In this document: piece by piece, positions 27,372 to 43,658 of the stretch
Numbering within the stretch: position 1 is the first letter of the stretch
Layout: every line of letters begins with the position of its first letter
Assembly (NCBI RefSeq): GCF_009914755.1
Contig: NC_060933.1
Source of the DNA: the human T2T-CHM13v2.0 reference genome, Homo sapiens
Length of the DNA stretch: 64,000 nt
Direction: 5' to 3' (one strand)
Program-made: the position numbers and the translations under genes
The notes under the pieces: model-generated
Seen by the model: the letters and a program-made list of their open reading frames with translations, nothing else
Told to the model about the DNA's origin: nothing
The model's database searches: none

Positions 27372-27865
27372 GCAGTAAAACACATTTATAACTCTCCGGG
27401 TGGTCCCATGGAGGATACTTTTATCCCTTAAGGAGATGGGTGCATGTCCAACCCAGTCCTTTGGGTGGATTGAGAATGGCTTTCAATATGGCTGAACAAC
27501 CCAAACCTTTATAACTCATCTAACTGGTGGCTATTTTCAGTTTTCATTTCCTCCAGGACAGGCTGTCCAACTTTTTGGTATCTTGGCTGTAGTGAACATA
27601 TATTATCATATTACAATATATTAATGGTACCATTTGGAGATCAAAGAAGTGTCCCAAATCGGGACACTTTAATATCCACATCATCCCAAATTGTGTTTAA
27701 TGCAAGCATCACAACAAGAAAATGGGGGACTTCTTTTTAAGGAAGGCAAAACCTTATGGTATAATTCAAATGATATTAAGTATAATTTCTACCCAATCCA
27801 AGGCACATTCCTTCATGGACTTGAACTATTTCATATCTTCATGACTTTCTCTTCTCCAGGATTAC

Positions 27866-28090
27866 ATTAGTATTTAGGGCTGCCATAATAGAATACCACA
27901 GATAGGGTGTCTTAAAAAACAGAATTTTTTTTCCTACAGTTCTAAAAGCTGGAAGTCCAAGGTCAAGGTGCTATCAGGGTTGGTTTCTGGTAAGGCCTCT
28001 CTTCCTGGCTTGCAGATGGCTTCACATGGTTATCTCCCTGTATTCTCACAGGGCTTTCTCTCCTTGTGTGTGCACTTCTGGTGTCTGTGC
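27866..28090 (-). mobile_element. MLT1 LTR fragment
   Basis: agggctgccataatagaataccacag...ctggaagtccaaggtcaaggtg. Confidence 0.7.
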
Positions 28091-28499
28091 CTACAATGAT
28101 GAGCGCCAAAAATCCCAGAGTGTTTTTTCATAACACAGTTCTCATTCCGAAATAGTTTTTATTCCTCTCTTTTATAGACCATTATAAGGTTTCTTCCTCT
28201 AAATTAAATAACAGTGACTAAAACTAAGGCAAATACTCTGGAGCAAAATAAAAACTAAAAAACAGATAGCCTTAAAGCAGGAAGTTACCCTGTCACTAGG
28301 GCTTGGCATACTGTAGGCTTTAGAAGCATTTCGCGGCATGAAAGAATGGTAACCCTGAGGCATCTCCATGTAATAAGTTAATTTGTATACTGCTTTTAAA
28401 TAAAGTTAAACAACTTACAGTTTCAGAAAGATAGAAGGGAAGAGCATTCGGAAGACTGGGAGTGAAGTTTCCCGGGCCTGAACCCTTATTCAAAGGCGT

Positions 28500-28965
28500 C
28501 TCGACATGGATAACCTCGAGAACATTATGCTAAGTGAAATAAGCCAGATACAGAAAGGCAAATACCAAATGATCTCACTTATATGTGGAATCTAAGAGTT
28601 GAACTCATAGAAGCACAGAATAGAATAGTGGCTGTCAGGGATGGGAGGATGGGGAGATGATCATCAAAGGGTACAAAGTTTCAGTCATGCAAGATGAATT
28701 AAGTACTGTAGATGTAATGTACAATATGGTGACTACAGCTAACAACACTGTATTGCACACTTGAAATTTGCTAAGAGGGTAGATCCTAAGTGTTCTCAAA
28801 ACACACACACAAAGGTAACCATGTGAGATGATACTTCACTAGCTTGATTGCAGTAATCATTTCATAATATACATATATATCTCAAAACATCACCTTGTTC
28901 ACCTTAAATATATACAATTTCTATTTGTGAGTTATACCACCAATAAGCTAAAAAAAATTAAAAGT
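28500..28965 (+). mobile_element. L1MA/MB 3' end
   Basis: acattatgctaagtgaaataagccag...gggtacaaagtttcag...ccttaaatatatacaattt. Confidence 0.8.
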
Positions 28966-29833
28966 CTAAATTTTTTTAAAGGAGTTTCAAAAACTAATGC
29001 TTTGCTCTATACTTGTACCTGGCCCCACCCTTGTCTCTCTAAAGCAGGGTGCCCTAGGAAGACTGATTGGCTGTAGCCCCAAAAGGTGAGAACTAGGACA
29101 TAAGATAAGAAAGGGAAGAAGGGAAAGGGAGAGAAGGAAGTGGGGAACAAAGTGTGTCAATGTGTGAAATTTTAGTTGGATGTTGTAAAACAGGAAAAAA
29201 AATGCCAAATTCTATGGCTACCCCAATAACAAAGAATGTCTTATGGCAATGGCACCCTCCAAGTCATATAATTCATTTATTATTGTCACTTTCACTATTG
29301 TTTTCGCTGAAGTCTTTTTTCTGTTACTTGAACAAAATCATTTTTTTCGTAATTTGTTAATAAAATTGTTTCATTTTATCTGTCTATCCTACATCCCTTC
29401 AAATACAGTACACAAACAAATGAACGTGCTTTTCCAGCTTGTAACTTGAGGCATGGTAGAATGAGAATTAGATGGGGAGTTGGAAGACTGAGGTTGTAAA
29501 TGCCCCTCTTTAGTTAATGTGATTTTGGGGTCCGTTTACAACTCAGACACTGATTTTCTCATATCTATCTACACTAACACAGACGTCAGGTGGCTGTCAA
29601 AGATGATCTCTAATGGTATAATTAGAGACATCAGGGCTAATGTTCTCTAATTTTGTCCAGTTATGATAAAGTAACTTGGAGTGCCTGTTCTTTACCTCTC
29701 TAAGAACGTTTCAAGTGTCATTTAAAATTTGATTCTTATTTGTCAATGTGTTTTTTGGCTCCTCTGTGGAAACTGTTATAGTCTTAAGCCTGTCAAGGGA
29801 GTATAAAGACATCCTAAGAAAATTTGGAGACTG

Positions 29834-30212
<379 letters not shown>

Positions 30213-31563
30213 TTAAATTTCTAGTATTTTCAAAAGATTCATATGAGGTTATAAATGGAAGATAAATGATTATTCTCTGTCGAAGTTTGGGAATAACAAG
30301 AGTAGGATAGTTTAAGATAGTTGAGGCCTTATTGAGACCCCAACTTATTCATTCAACATGTGACTCACAAAAAGTGAAAGGCAAAATAGATTTATCACCT
30401 CAGATTCTAAAACAGGAATAAAACAAACAAAGTGACTTTCATCCAGGAAGAAAGCAAAAGTACATCCGCAGTTCTTACGGTCAGAGAGTGTGTGCTGCTC
30501 TTAGAGCCAAGTTTAGTTCTTGGTAATTCTACCCAAGTCTGAAAGGAAATCAAGATGACTGTCCACATTGACGCAAATCACAGGACATGGAGGCAATGTC
30601 AGGCATTTAATGTTGTAAAAGTTGCAAACCAGAAATCCCATGGAGGAGAACACAGAGAATCCTATAGTCCTGATATCATTTTTGGTGGAATGAACAAAGA
30701 CGAACGCAGAGCTGGGAGATATTTGGCACAGAATGAAACAGAGTTTGAACTGTGGCTCTTCACTCACTACGAGTTAGTAAACTAATGCCATAGCACGCTG
30801 CTCAGTACAATGGGTACTCTGAAAGAAGTGAGTGCTCCCTTTCTCCCCTGCTGTGAACCTGCCAGTGAACCAAAACCCTTAACAGTTAGAGCCAAAGAGC
30901 AGGAGAAAGTCCAGCAACGTGTCCCAAAGTGATTAGAAACTATCTTGCTTTCCTCCTATGGAAATACCAAGCATTTTTTGTGGAAATCTGAATTCACAGA
31001 TGAAGTTCAGAGTGAATAGTAACATTCCTTTTGTTTTACAATCTTGGAAATAGTAGTTTGGCATGGAAAGAGCAGAGCTTACTTTTTAAAAAGAAAATTA
31101 TTTGTATTTTTATAACCAGATTTATTTATAGTTATACCAGTAATATCTCTGTTATTTTGGCATGCAACTAAAAAATATAGAAAAATTTCATGTCCCTCTT
31201 GCTTTGTCCAATAAATATAATTTCTAAAATATTGTAGAAGTTGAATAATTTTAACTTGTTAGAAGAATTTTATAAAATAAACAGCCAAATCACCTAGGTT
31301 GAAGGTTGTCTTTTAGAATTTTCTTAAAGGGAGGCATATCTATATTTAGACATATTTTTAAGAGGCAGTAGTTTTGCTTTAAAATATATGACCTGTGAAG
31401 TCCTTTTATCTTACTAGCTGTGTAAACCAAAATAATTACATGTAACAAGTCTTATGTGGAATAATTCAGCAGCCAGTTTGAAAGAGGCTAATTAATATTT
31501 GTGGCTACATTAATCAGAAAAACTATGGAAATGTCTCTTGGTTTATTATCCCTTTTTCTATGA

Positions 31564-31925
<362 letters not shown>

Positions 31926-34680
31926 CTGGGCCATATTCTAACAGTTCCACAGGATATTTCCAGCCAGCTGGAACTATCTGCAAGACAGGGCCATTGAGGC
32001 CAGAATACCTTTCAGAGGTCTTCCCTAGCTAAGGTCAAATCATAAAATTATCGGATTATCCATAGCTGGGGGTGGATTCTCTCAAGACCGCATTAGTAAT
32101 GTATTAATGATACATTAAGAAGTACTCCACAGGTCTATAACTGCTCAATCACCTTCAAAGAGTTTTTACACACATTATGTCAGGCATGAATTATTATGCC
32201 TATTTAATAGAGCTTCCTATCCTACTGCCTCTTTTTAGAAAAAAAAGTTTTATTGTGATCTTTATTGTATACATTTAAGGTACAAAACATGATGTTTAGA
32301 TAAACATATACAGTGAAATGATTACTATAGTCAAGCAAATTAACAAGTCCATCTCCTCACATAGTTACAGCTAACTCAGAAAGACAGAACATCACACCCA
32401 GAGCAGGGAGCTGTGTCTCCAGCTCCCTCAGGTCCATATACCTGAGTGACTTGGAGAAAATCATGCATTTCCTGTAACTACCAGACGTAGTCACCTCAAT
32501 TAAGTAATCTGTTTTGCTTAGGCATACCTTGGTAAAAGCTCACAGTACTAATCTGGACCCACCCCTTTGATCTTTGAAACCTGAGGTGCGAAAAAATATC
32601 AAAATGGAGGGCAGAGGGATTTGTTTTTATTTTCAGATCATCAAAAATACTAAACTGTTGATCAGAACCATCCATGAAGAAAGAAAAACAAATTCAAACT
32701 ATGACTAATGGGGCCTGCTGTGCGTGAGTCACAAACTGAATCAAGCAAGGCCTCTGGAAGCAGGGGGAAAAGCATTCAGGAGTCACTTTGTACTCAAGCA
32801 TGAACCTCCTAAAGTGTTGGTCTCTTTGCTGAACTATTTCAACACCTGGATGAAGTCCAGGAGAAGAGACGTCAGGCAGTTTAAAAATTGCTTCTCTTTC
32901 CTACTAAGGATGTTTTCAGTGACCTTGAGGAGGTGTTTAAGAATGACTTTCTTAGGTGTGAACATGAAAACAGTGGGACTTAGGGCAACATTTGGGGAGA
33001 TTCCTTGCTTCAAAGTTGTCTCTAAGGCATTGCACATTCCTACTTCTTGCAGGAGGGAACTGTCTTTCCAAAGGATTTTGCAAACTGTTCTGCTTTTGCT
33101 TATCTAAACTGGAAAGAGATATATAAACAAAATATAAAATACAAAATAACATAAAGTCTGTTGATTGAGCATAGAGGCTTGGGGTCTTTAGCTTTTTTTC
33201 TTATTGTTGCTTTGTATTAAAATTCAAGGGAGTCCAAATATTTTCAGTCCCCTTGATCTAACTGGGATACTCATACAATGAGACATTGCACTTCTGATAA
33301 ATATGATAATGATGAGTTTAGTTTGAATTCCCAACTGAGTGCATGTCTCTTAAAAACATTTTTCTCTTCACTTTGTAAATTTCTTATAGAGTCTAGGTTG
33401 CTCATCTGGGGAAAATGCCACAATACTTGATCTGACCTGGAAAGATTCCCAGTGAAGGTAAATTGATACTCACATAAGCCAGTTTTTATCATAAGAATTG
33501 AGACTAGTACTGAAGGTAAAGAATAAAAAGCTAGTTGGACAAACGTTCACTGCATGATTGCTACACAGTGCTTGGTGCCAGGGATAGCCAGCCACCTGGC
33601 AGCTAGGAAGAAAGCTGGCCTTACCTCAGAGCTTTCTTCTTCCTGGCTAGTCAAACTGTGAAAATCCTTTCTCATGCAACACAATAAAATAATTGGCTCC
33701 AAAATGTCTCATTCTCAGCCTCATTCCCTAATACTGGACACAGGAATCTCTTTCAGCCAAGCAGCCAAGCTCAGGCCAACATGGGACGTACCTCCACTCC
33801 TTTAAGATAAAGTCAAAGCATAACACCAGCTGATTCCTTAACTGTCATTTCACTCCAGTTTCCCTCAATTGGCATCATGTTTCCCTCATATAAGCAGCGT
33901 TAATTAAAGATTAGTTATTGAAAAGGTGGTATTGTGCTCAAGAAAACAGTGAAAAAAGAACCACCATTTAAAAAAAATGCCACCACCTTAACAATGACAT
34001 TTGTCAGATATGTATTTTGTTCATGGTTGGTTGATTTGTTAAGGTAGTTGTTACTCTTGTTTTCTAATGACTGCTCATTTGTTCTCTCTTCTAGGACTAG
34101 GGAAGGCACTGTAACATAATGATTAAAAGCATAGGCTTTGGTGTCAGACACGCTAGGATGCAAATTCTAACTATGCAACCTTGTAAAATGTGCTGGGCAG
34201 CTATCTTTCCTACAGAGTTGGAGTAATGTTGACTAATATATATGCATTTGTATAAATTAAGCTGTTAATTGTGTGTCAATATTGCATTGATATCTTGGCT
34301 CTTTAAGGACATTTGATTTTCTGGTTTAAGTAGTACCTCCTGCATGAACTTCCTGACGTGTTGAACTATTTCAACACCTGGATGAAGTCCAGGAGAAGAG
34401 AGGTCAGGCAGTTTAAAAACTGCTTCTGTTTCCTACTAAGGATGTTTTCGGTGACCTTGAGGTATTATGTATGTATTATGTATGTCATGCCTCAGAGACA
34501 GACTTGGCTTCACAACCATTTTTCCTGACAACCATCCACCTATCTGACATGCATTTATGGGGAACTGAACAGGAGTTATGAAAATAAGTCCTTAAGTCTG
34601 CAACCTCTCATACTTAACTGTCATCTGTAGGACACTGAAGACATATATCAGAGGATCCACACCGTATATAATTCATGCCT

Positions 34681-35158
34681 TGTATTGGTTATCTATGGTT
34701 GTATCACAAATCAGCCCAAAGCTTAGTGACTTAAACCAATAACTATTAGTGCTCACAAGTCTGTGGTTCAACTGGGTGGTTTTGCTGATTTGGTTTTGCT
34801 GCTGGGCAGGACTGCCTGATCTTGGCTGGTCAAGTTCCTGTGATCGGCAGATTGAAAAGGTGGTAGTTGGTTCAGAATAGCCTTATGCGTACCTTGGATG
34901 GTTGTTGTTGGTTCCCACCTGGGGCAGAGGGGATAAACGGGCCAGGTGTGTTTCATCTTCTACCATGCTGGCTCTTGCTTGTTTATAGGCAGTCCCAGGT
35001 TCCATAAACAAGAAAGCAAGCCACAATGTGCAAGAACGTTAGTTTCTGCTCATTCATTCCAAAACACATCACAAGGCTAATCTAGATTCAAATTATGGAG
35101 GAAAATGCTACTTCTTGAGGGAAGAGCTACAAAGTCACATTGCAAGGGCATGGACATA
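34681..35158 (-). mobile_element. MLT1-type LTR
   Basis: tgtattggttatctatggttgtatcacaaatc...gcttagtgacttaaac...aaagtcacattgcaagggcatgg...taccaca. Confidence 0.6.
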
Positions 35159-35248
35159 GGGAGGGAAAATCTTTTGGCTATGTTTGCAGTGTACCACATG
35201 CACTTGATTATAATCTTAATGCTTTTCCCTTCAAATCTACTGACATAG

Positions 35249-35617
<369 letters not shown>

Positions 35618-35704
35618 TAGATATGGATTTTGGCAGATTTGCTGCCTGGAAAACTAAATCCTCAATACCTACCCAAGTGGTAGGTAACAGCTTCCAGGAA
35701 CTCA

Positions 35705-35932
35705 CTTCTTCCTTCCTTCTTGTTTTTCTTATCTTTTTTCCTTTTCTCCATTTCTCTTTCCTCCCTCCTTCCTTCCCTCCCTCGCTCCCTTTTTTCCTTC
35801 CTTCTTTCCTTCCTTCCCTTATTCCCTCCTTCATTCCTCCCTCCTTCCCTCCCTCCCTCTTCCCTTCCCTCCCTCCCTCTTTTCCTTTTCTTTAATTTCC
35901 TTTCCTTTTCCCCACTCCTCGTTCTCTCTTTT
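35705..35932 (+). repeat. Polypyrimidine (CCTT/CCCT)n low-complexity tract
   Basis: About 225 nt, almost purely C/T. Confidence 0.92.
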
Positions 35933-38900
35933 GGTTGATCAAACTTTCCAAGTCTCTCATGGAGAAAGTTGGCAGACATTCAACATGGTCATGCCAATTT
36001 CTGCATGGCTATTTCTTGCGGGCATTTTTACCTGTGAGCATGATCCCTGTGGTCTTTCCCTTCCCTGCTTCAGCAAGCCACAGCAGGTCTTACAGGTGTT
36101 TTCAAGAAAAAGGCTGACACACGGATTTCTAGGATGTTTGTGTTGAGTTCTAAAGGTTTATTTTTAAAATGTAAATGTCCCAAAGGCTTCTGAGAACATT
36201 TATAGAATTCCTAGAGATGGAAATAATCCCTGTATCAGGAAATGCCAGGCATATTAGATTCATAGCGTGCCTAGGGCTCAAGGGTCAGGAGAGAGGTGCT
36301 TGGCCTGACATGTAAGGCAAGCACGGATAGAGCTTGTGCCTAGGGCCAACTCCCCACAGCCTGCTGTTTCTTATTACAGTGCCACCTCTTTGATCTTCCC
36401 TGATGGGGAACTTTCCAGTAATGTCTGTGATTTGTAATATGAGGTGAATAAAAACCACAGATAAATGATAAGGAGCACTGGACAAGGCTGGCCCTCTGGG
36501 ACTGCCTATGAAGGAAAAGGAAGACTTCAAAATTAAGGTTCCCTCTCCTTTCTCCCCCCAGTGATATCTCTGCCTACCATGTCTTCAGACACCATATCAG
36601 TTATTCTAGCATTTCCACAGGTGGGAAATTATTTCTCCCAGAAAATGAAAAGTCTTCTAAAAGTAAATTCAACTCAATTTAACAAATAATAATAATATCA
36701 CATAATAAGTAATAGTATAATCATATAATATAAATAGTAATAAGAATTACTATTTACATAGCACTTTGCTGTTTATAAAGCACTTTTACATGCATTTATC
36801 AAATACTCTAGATGACGCCCATTGTGTTGGGTAGAGTAAGAGATGAAAAGTTAATTTAAAAATGGGTCCTGCCTTCCAGGGACTCTGCATCTAGAAGGAA
36901 GTCAGTCAGTCACGTATATTATGGCACTGGCTGTATTCTATTGCAGAAGCATACACAAAATACAACAGCAGAACAAGAGAGGCAGGATGTCAGGGAATCC
37001 TTGGAAAAGAGGTATCATTGGAGCAGAAGATGTGGATATGAGATGACTAGGTTGAAGTCAAACCTTTCAAACCTGTTCAAAAAACAGCAAATCAGTGGTC
37101 AAGGCTATACCACGAGAGAGACAGCAGGGAGGTGGAAAGTGGAAACAAAAGTTGAAACATGGGCTCTAGCCAGGTTATGAAGAGCCTGCATAGGTTTAGT
37201 ATATTATTTCATTGATGAGAAGTCATTTAATGATTTAGAAGAAATAAGTGCAATAGATATATCCTCTAGCAAATTAACAGATGCTGAGGTGTTAGGAGGT
37301 TGAGAAGTGCGGCAAGCTGTCAGGAGGCTCTTCCAGGTGTCTCAAAAAGTCATGAAGGTCTGAACAGCAGCAGCAGCATTGGTTCAAAGGGAAGAGGAGA
37401 GATGCACAGGACAAATCAGGATAGAAATAAGGTTTGCAAATGCTTGAAAATGGCAGTGGGCTAGAAGGATGAGTTCAGATGTGTCTGATTTTGAAAGGTG
37501 CCCAGGACAAGCAATAATATATAAACACAAAGCATATGAACAGGAGAAGGTCCAGGAGATAATAGAATACTCAAAAATGTTGATGCCTTTGAATTACCTG
37601 GAATTATTCTGGTCTCACTGTCTTTGTATTATTTGACATTTGATCAAGACCTACTGTTAAATAAACATATATTTATAAAAATCTATCAATATATATTTAT
37701 ATAACATATATGTATGTATGTGTGTTTATATACACACACATGGAGAGAGAGAGAGAATCACATTTAAATATGAATACTCCATCCAAGAAAATAAACTGAT
37801 CTACTTTAATTTAACCTGCACTTTCACTGGCAGAAGAAAAATACTAATGTTACTAATCTTAGGAGAGTCTCATTTCAGGTCATTATTCAGTCACTCAAAG
37901 ATACCCGTGCCAGAGCTCTTTCTCCCTTTTCTTCCTTCTTTCTCTTTCCCTAGATGGCAAAGGAGAAGAGGATTTGTATTTAGGCAGTGGTGTCTTCTGG
38001 ACACCCCCCACACCACTGCTAACCCCCGGATCTCTAGTGAAGTCTGCAGCTGAACTTGTGATTTTATCTCTTGGCTTGGTTAGGGCCCAGGGGACCTCCC
38101 TGGCTGGCTTAGCCTGTTTGAGACATCTTTTGGAGCAGCACAGCCCTCTGCATCTCAGCCAAATCCTTCATCATGCCATTGTCTACACTCTGCTCTGCAA
38201 CCTCAGAAGCTAGGTCTCCCTGTCTGTCCCTACTGTGGCCCTGTGGCTGGCCTGCTGAATTCCAACTCAGCTCCTTCAGTACTCCTCACAGGGCCTGAAG
38301 CAACTTCTAGATCACTTTCAAGGCATACAGAATTCAGGAGAGATTTGGGCTTGCTAACTCAGTTCTGCTGTCTGCCCAACCTTGTCATGCTACCATTTTC
38401 ACATTAATGTTGCCATCCATGTTGGGGTAAGGGATCCCTGTGGGGTGTTTTACTTATAGCATCCTAAATAAGAAGTTAGAAAAACTCCATCTGCTTTTGG
38501 CTTTTTCCTTAATTGATCAATACACCTCTATTCTAGGATTTGCATTCAGAAAAGGGATCTATAAAATCTATAAAATATCCAAATTTTTAATCTCCCTACC
38601 TTCCTCCTTTTCACAGCATATGAAGCTGGAAGAGCAGGTGGTCAGGAATCTCCCCCAACCTTCAGTGCAGTAATCTTTAGAGCCTACTCATCATAAGTAC
38701 AAAGGTGGTTGTGAAGGCAGTGCTATAACCACTGAGGGGAACCTAATAAAATGGGTATATCTACTCCACACAAGGGAAGATTCATCCCATGGACACAATC
38801 TTTAAGATGCCGAGAGGACTACAGGGCATGATTGCCACCATACTATATGCAGCAACATCATGACTTCATTCCTGTCCTAGCCCAGATGAGAACCTGATCC

Positions 38901-40728
38901 AACTCCATAAACGGAACACCAACAGGGAAATCTGTAACCTTAAAAAAACGGCATCTTCCAGTGGTAGAAAGAGCCTAAAGGTCTGAGACAGGCAGTATAG
39001 GAAGGCCATGTCCTAGGGTGTAGGGAGAGGTCATCTTAGATATCAGTGTTGAGAAAGACCAGAATGAGGATGGGGACAATCAGCAATGGCCACCCAGGAA
39101 AAATAACAGTGGAATTTGCATGGGGGAAGGGATGGTGGGAGCAATGCAAAGATTGGCATGTGGCAGCAGAGAGCAACTTGCAATCTGCTGCAGCAGCAGA
39201 GGTGAGTGCCTATGAAGAGCAGTTATCTCTGTAGGAATAATGGTTGTGTAGACTAGAACCAGCTATGACTTTTCATGAGCTTGACAATGGCAGTGCGATG
39301 GAGGTCAGCTTTAGAGTGGGGAGAAGTTGGGGACCCTGGAAGTGAGGCTTGAAGCCACTCTGGACAGGGGTATGTTTACAGTAGCTACCCAAGGAACTTG
39401 GGTAGAGGTAGAGAAGGCAGCATAAGGAGAGGGTTAACCTATAACTGGGACCTGGGACTTTGCTCTTCTGAACCACAAAGGCAACAATTAAATCTGACCA
39501 TATACAGAATCATAGTGCTGCACGATGTTCGGAGTCAAGTAAAGAAATGAGAGTTGTTACTCGAAAACTGAAAAATGGAAAAGACTAAAAAGGTCTAGAG
39601 TGGATATGATAAATGAGAAACATGCCTATTAATTAAAAAATTGCTACACATCTAGTGTTATTCCCTGGAATAAGACCCTTTTGTCCAACCCCTGATTTGT
39701 TTGTCTGGTTGATTCTCACTGATTATTAGGGGACTTGACACTCCTCGACTTTTCCCAAAATTTCCCGAGGCAGACCTAATAAGGGTGTGTCATGAGTGTG
39801 ATTGAATAAGACTTCTGAACTCCCATGAGACAACTTCCATTTTCTCTTCCTCTTTGACCTGCTCTTGTGAGTTAGACCTGCTAGAAGCCCCATGAAGGTC
39901 CCTCTGGAATCACTGAGGAAACTACCTCCCAACACTGGGGTGCTCCGTGGACTGATATTTTAGGGAAATGAGGCTACTTCGATGAAAAAGGGATCCTTGG
40001 AGCCTCTTTCATTCAGGGTCATTTGAAAGAAGCATGGCCTTATGCTCCCCAGATCTCCCAGAACTCAAGTATGGTATCTGCTTTCTCCATTTCTGCTTTT
40101 GGCCCCTCTCTCGGCATCCGATGAGGCTGGCCAGAAGTCCAGAACTTCAAGTCAGACATGGCGCCTCTTTTGCCATTCTGGCAATGCTTCCTTAATGCCA
40201 AACTCTGCTGTCTCATTTAACCATCTCCATCCTCCCCTATGTGACTAGTACCCCTAGTAGTCAACAGCCCCCTCTGTCATGTTCCTCGTGTTTCCCTTTG
40301 AAATTTCTACTCCATCTGTTTATTTGCTCTTCCCAGCAGGAAAACTGGAAATGGAAAAAGCTGATCTTATGCTTATGCTTAGGATTATGTCTAATGATAT
40401 TTCTAGTGTTTGAAGGACAACAAAAAATAAAGATCAGGCTTCATTTTTCCAAAACCCTTCCATGTGTCTGCCCAAATCCTTATGCATTGTTTTAGAAATG
40501 TGATATATTTCTTTCTGACTCATTTACATTTACTGTTAGTCATCAAAAGGAGTCAGAAAAACTTTTGGAACCTCTCCCTATGAACCAGGAAGTTGCATTT
40601 CCCCTCCAGTCACAACCCCATAAAGCCTCAAGTTGCAAAGTAAACTTGCCAGGATGCTGGGCATTTGGCAAGATGCTTCTCTTTGTCATCAGAACCCTCA
40701 GCCCTGTGGAAGAAAGCAAGACAGCCTA

Positions 40729-41224
<496 letters not shown>

Positions 41225-41993
41225 TTATCCAGTCTCAGAGTACAGGGACGAGCCTATGGTCACACACCCCTCTAATGTAAGCCGCTCCCCATTCTACCAA
41301 CAACCCCCACTTTCTATATTGCCCCTTCTTTGAATCGACCTCAGGGTCTAAGCCTTTTGGTCACTAAATTTAAAAGTCACATGAATACAAGTAGTATCAA
41401 AACTGAGCAGGAGGGAAAAATCTGATGTGGTAATACTGGAGTCTCCCAAACTCCCCAGATGAACCACATGGTTTTATTTTTCTTATTTCAAAAGAGGTGA
41501 TGTTTCACACTACTACAGAAAAAAAAAATGGAACTTTGAACACTATTTCATAATCAGTATAGCTGATTGAATGTACTGACATGTTTCATGCTCTTTCTCA
41601 TGTCTGATAGCCACACTCCTGTTTCCTCCCAATGTTGGAGATAATTCTTGAGACTTGGTAACAGAGCAGTAGCACGTAATTTGCTTTACCACTCAGTGCT
41701 TCAACCATCATAGGTAAAGAGTGTTCTTATCAACAAAACAGACACCATCCCTGGCATTCCATGCTGGCTTTCTCTGGTTTTAAATTAATTAAAGTCATTT
41801 TGTTTTTGTTCTTAATAAAAGGGAAAAGGATAAATGAGTAACAGCCAGTAGCCACATTAAATTGCTACCAGATGTTCTGCAGTTAGGCATAAAAGGTAAG
41901 CATCCTTTTACAATCAGGCAGCTTTCTTATATTAGAACAGTTCTGTTTCAGAAGAGAGCCAATGTTTTTGCTGACTTCTAGATAATTTTAAAG

Positions 41994-42070
41994 ATACTAT
42001 AATATTGGTGGATATTTTAAGAATTTTTAAATACTACAAATATTGGTGGGATATTTTGAGAATTTTTTAA
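41994..42070 (+). repeat. Two-copy tandem duplication, about 38-bp unit
   Basis: atactataatattggtggatattttaagaatttttaa / atactacaaatattggtgggatattttgagaattttttaa. Confidence 0.85.
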
Positions 42071-43580
42071 AATTGAATTCTGAGCTTAAAGCACTTTATA
42101 GTTGCAAGGTTCTTGGACCCCTTCCTCATCTCCTAGCCATACACCCCCACAAAAATAAAAGAAAATGCAAGTGGAGACATTTCCTATAGAAGCTCATTAT
42201 CCCCTCCCAGGTACTATGGCTGGATTCTCTTTTGCATTGGCTTATCTCCATGCTCCTTCCACATTACAAAATGAGGGCTCTATCATTTACATAACCTTGG
42301 CCCCCTTGCTTTTCAATAGATCTTCCTGCTCAGCTGCTATTAGAATCTGCCTTTGTATTTCCAAATTATATGCCATTTTCTCTGGAAGAATTTTCCAGTG
42401 TTCCACTGTCTTTCTTCCCACTATTGTATTTGTATAATGGCAGAACTGCCATGAGATTTGGGGGCATGAAGGCACTTCTTTCCTGAGTTCAGCAGTGACA
42501 TAGAGTTCTCTTCATTCTCTTTCATAGCCTTTGGTCATTTTAATTAAGAGACTCTTGCAGGCCTCTAGCCCGGTTCACTAAAATTTAAATTCTCTCTAAT
42601 TTATAATTTGTTGACATCATTGGCATCACCTCTTAGATGATCAAAATGACAATCCTATAACCCAGCCTGCCTATCTCAGTAAAACAGAAAGAATCTACTA
42701 GATGTTTTTCAGAATGTAAATAGATATAACATTTATAATGATTTTCCTATTGTCCAGCAAATTATCTCGCAGTTGGAGTCCTGCAAATGTTAGAGACATC
42801 TTGATGTTTCCTTCATAGTCACTCCAGAGTCTGTTAGTTCTTATGTATAAAGAAATTTCACAAAGAAATCCAGCTTTTCTCACTGCTAAAAGGATGTGGC
42901 CTTCTGTCCCTAAGCAAAGTGACCCATTTAGGGGAGGGATAAAATTTTACAGCTTATTATTGGCTAAAACCCTACTCTGGATCAAAAGTTTGTTTTTAAA
43001 GTGCATTGTAGATTGCAGAACAACTATGAATCACTCATAAAGAGAGGTAACAAAGACCTGAGGCTATATGTGTAACCAGTGTATTGAACAATTTAAACTT
43101 GACAGGTACACAGAGAAAATGGTGTTTTCTCCAACCAATGGGGACTGAGGAATTATGCCTTTTAGAATCTCCTTGCCCTTCTCAAGAGCAAACCCTTTAC
43201 AAACTTTCAGGCAGATTCCATAATTTCCAGGTAATGTTTAGAGATTAAAAACCCAGCCTGATCTAGTTTAAAACTCTCCTCTTACATAATTTAAACCTCA
43301 TCTGCTTCACTCTCTCCACTGCCAGCCAATCTTCCATTCAGGAACATGGAGAGTAGACAAAATGGGTCTGCTACTATTATACACCCTTCCCTTCTTCCCT
43401 TTCCTCCTGTTCCTCTTCATCTCTGGCATATTTAAGGAGAAGAGGATTTACAAGGAAGGCGGCAAATGTGTTTTCCTAAATGGAATATGTTTTAGTTCTT
43501 TCTCTGTTAATTGTTATTGCTTCTCTGACTAATAATAATAATGCTAACAATTGCAAGGTACATTCTCAGTGCCCAGTGCC

Positions 43581-43611
<31 letters not shown>

Positions 43612-43658
43612 CGTATATATATACATATATATATATACGTATATATATATATATATAT
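43581..43658. repeat. Interrupted (TA)n microsatellite within a MIR
   Basis: (TA)n with CA and CG interruptions; MIR core follows (atccccatttcacagatgagcaaact). Confidence 0.9.

Noticed and set aside
27647-27669. Small hairpin aagtgtccc-aaatc-gggacactt
   Set aside because: A 9-bp stem is expected by chance in 64 kb
30466-30920. 76-aa ORF (30555-30785) in a mildly CpG-richer patch
   Set aside because: About 8 CpG in 450 bp is not an island, there is no recognisable homology and no convincing splice sites; it could be an enhancer but sequence alone cannot support that
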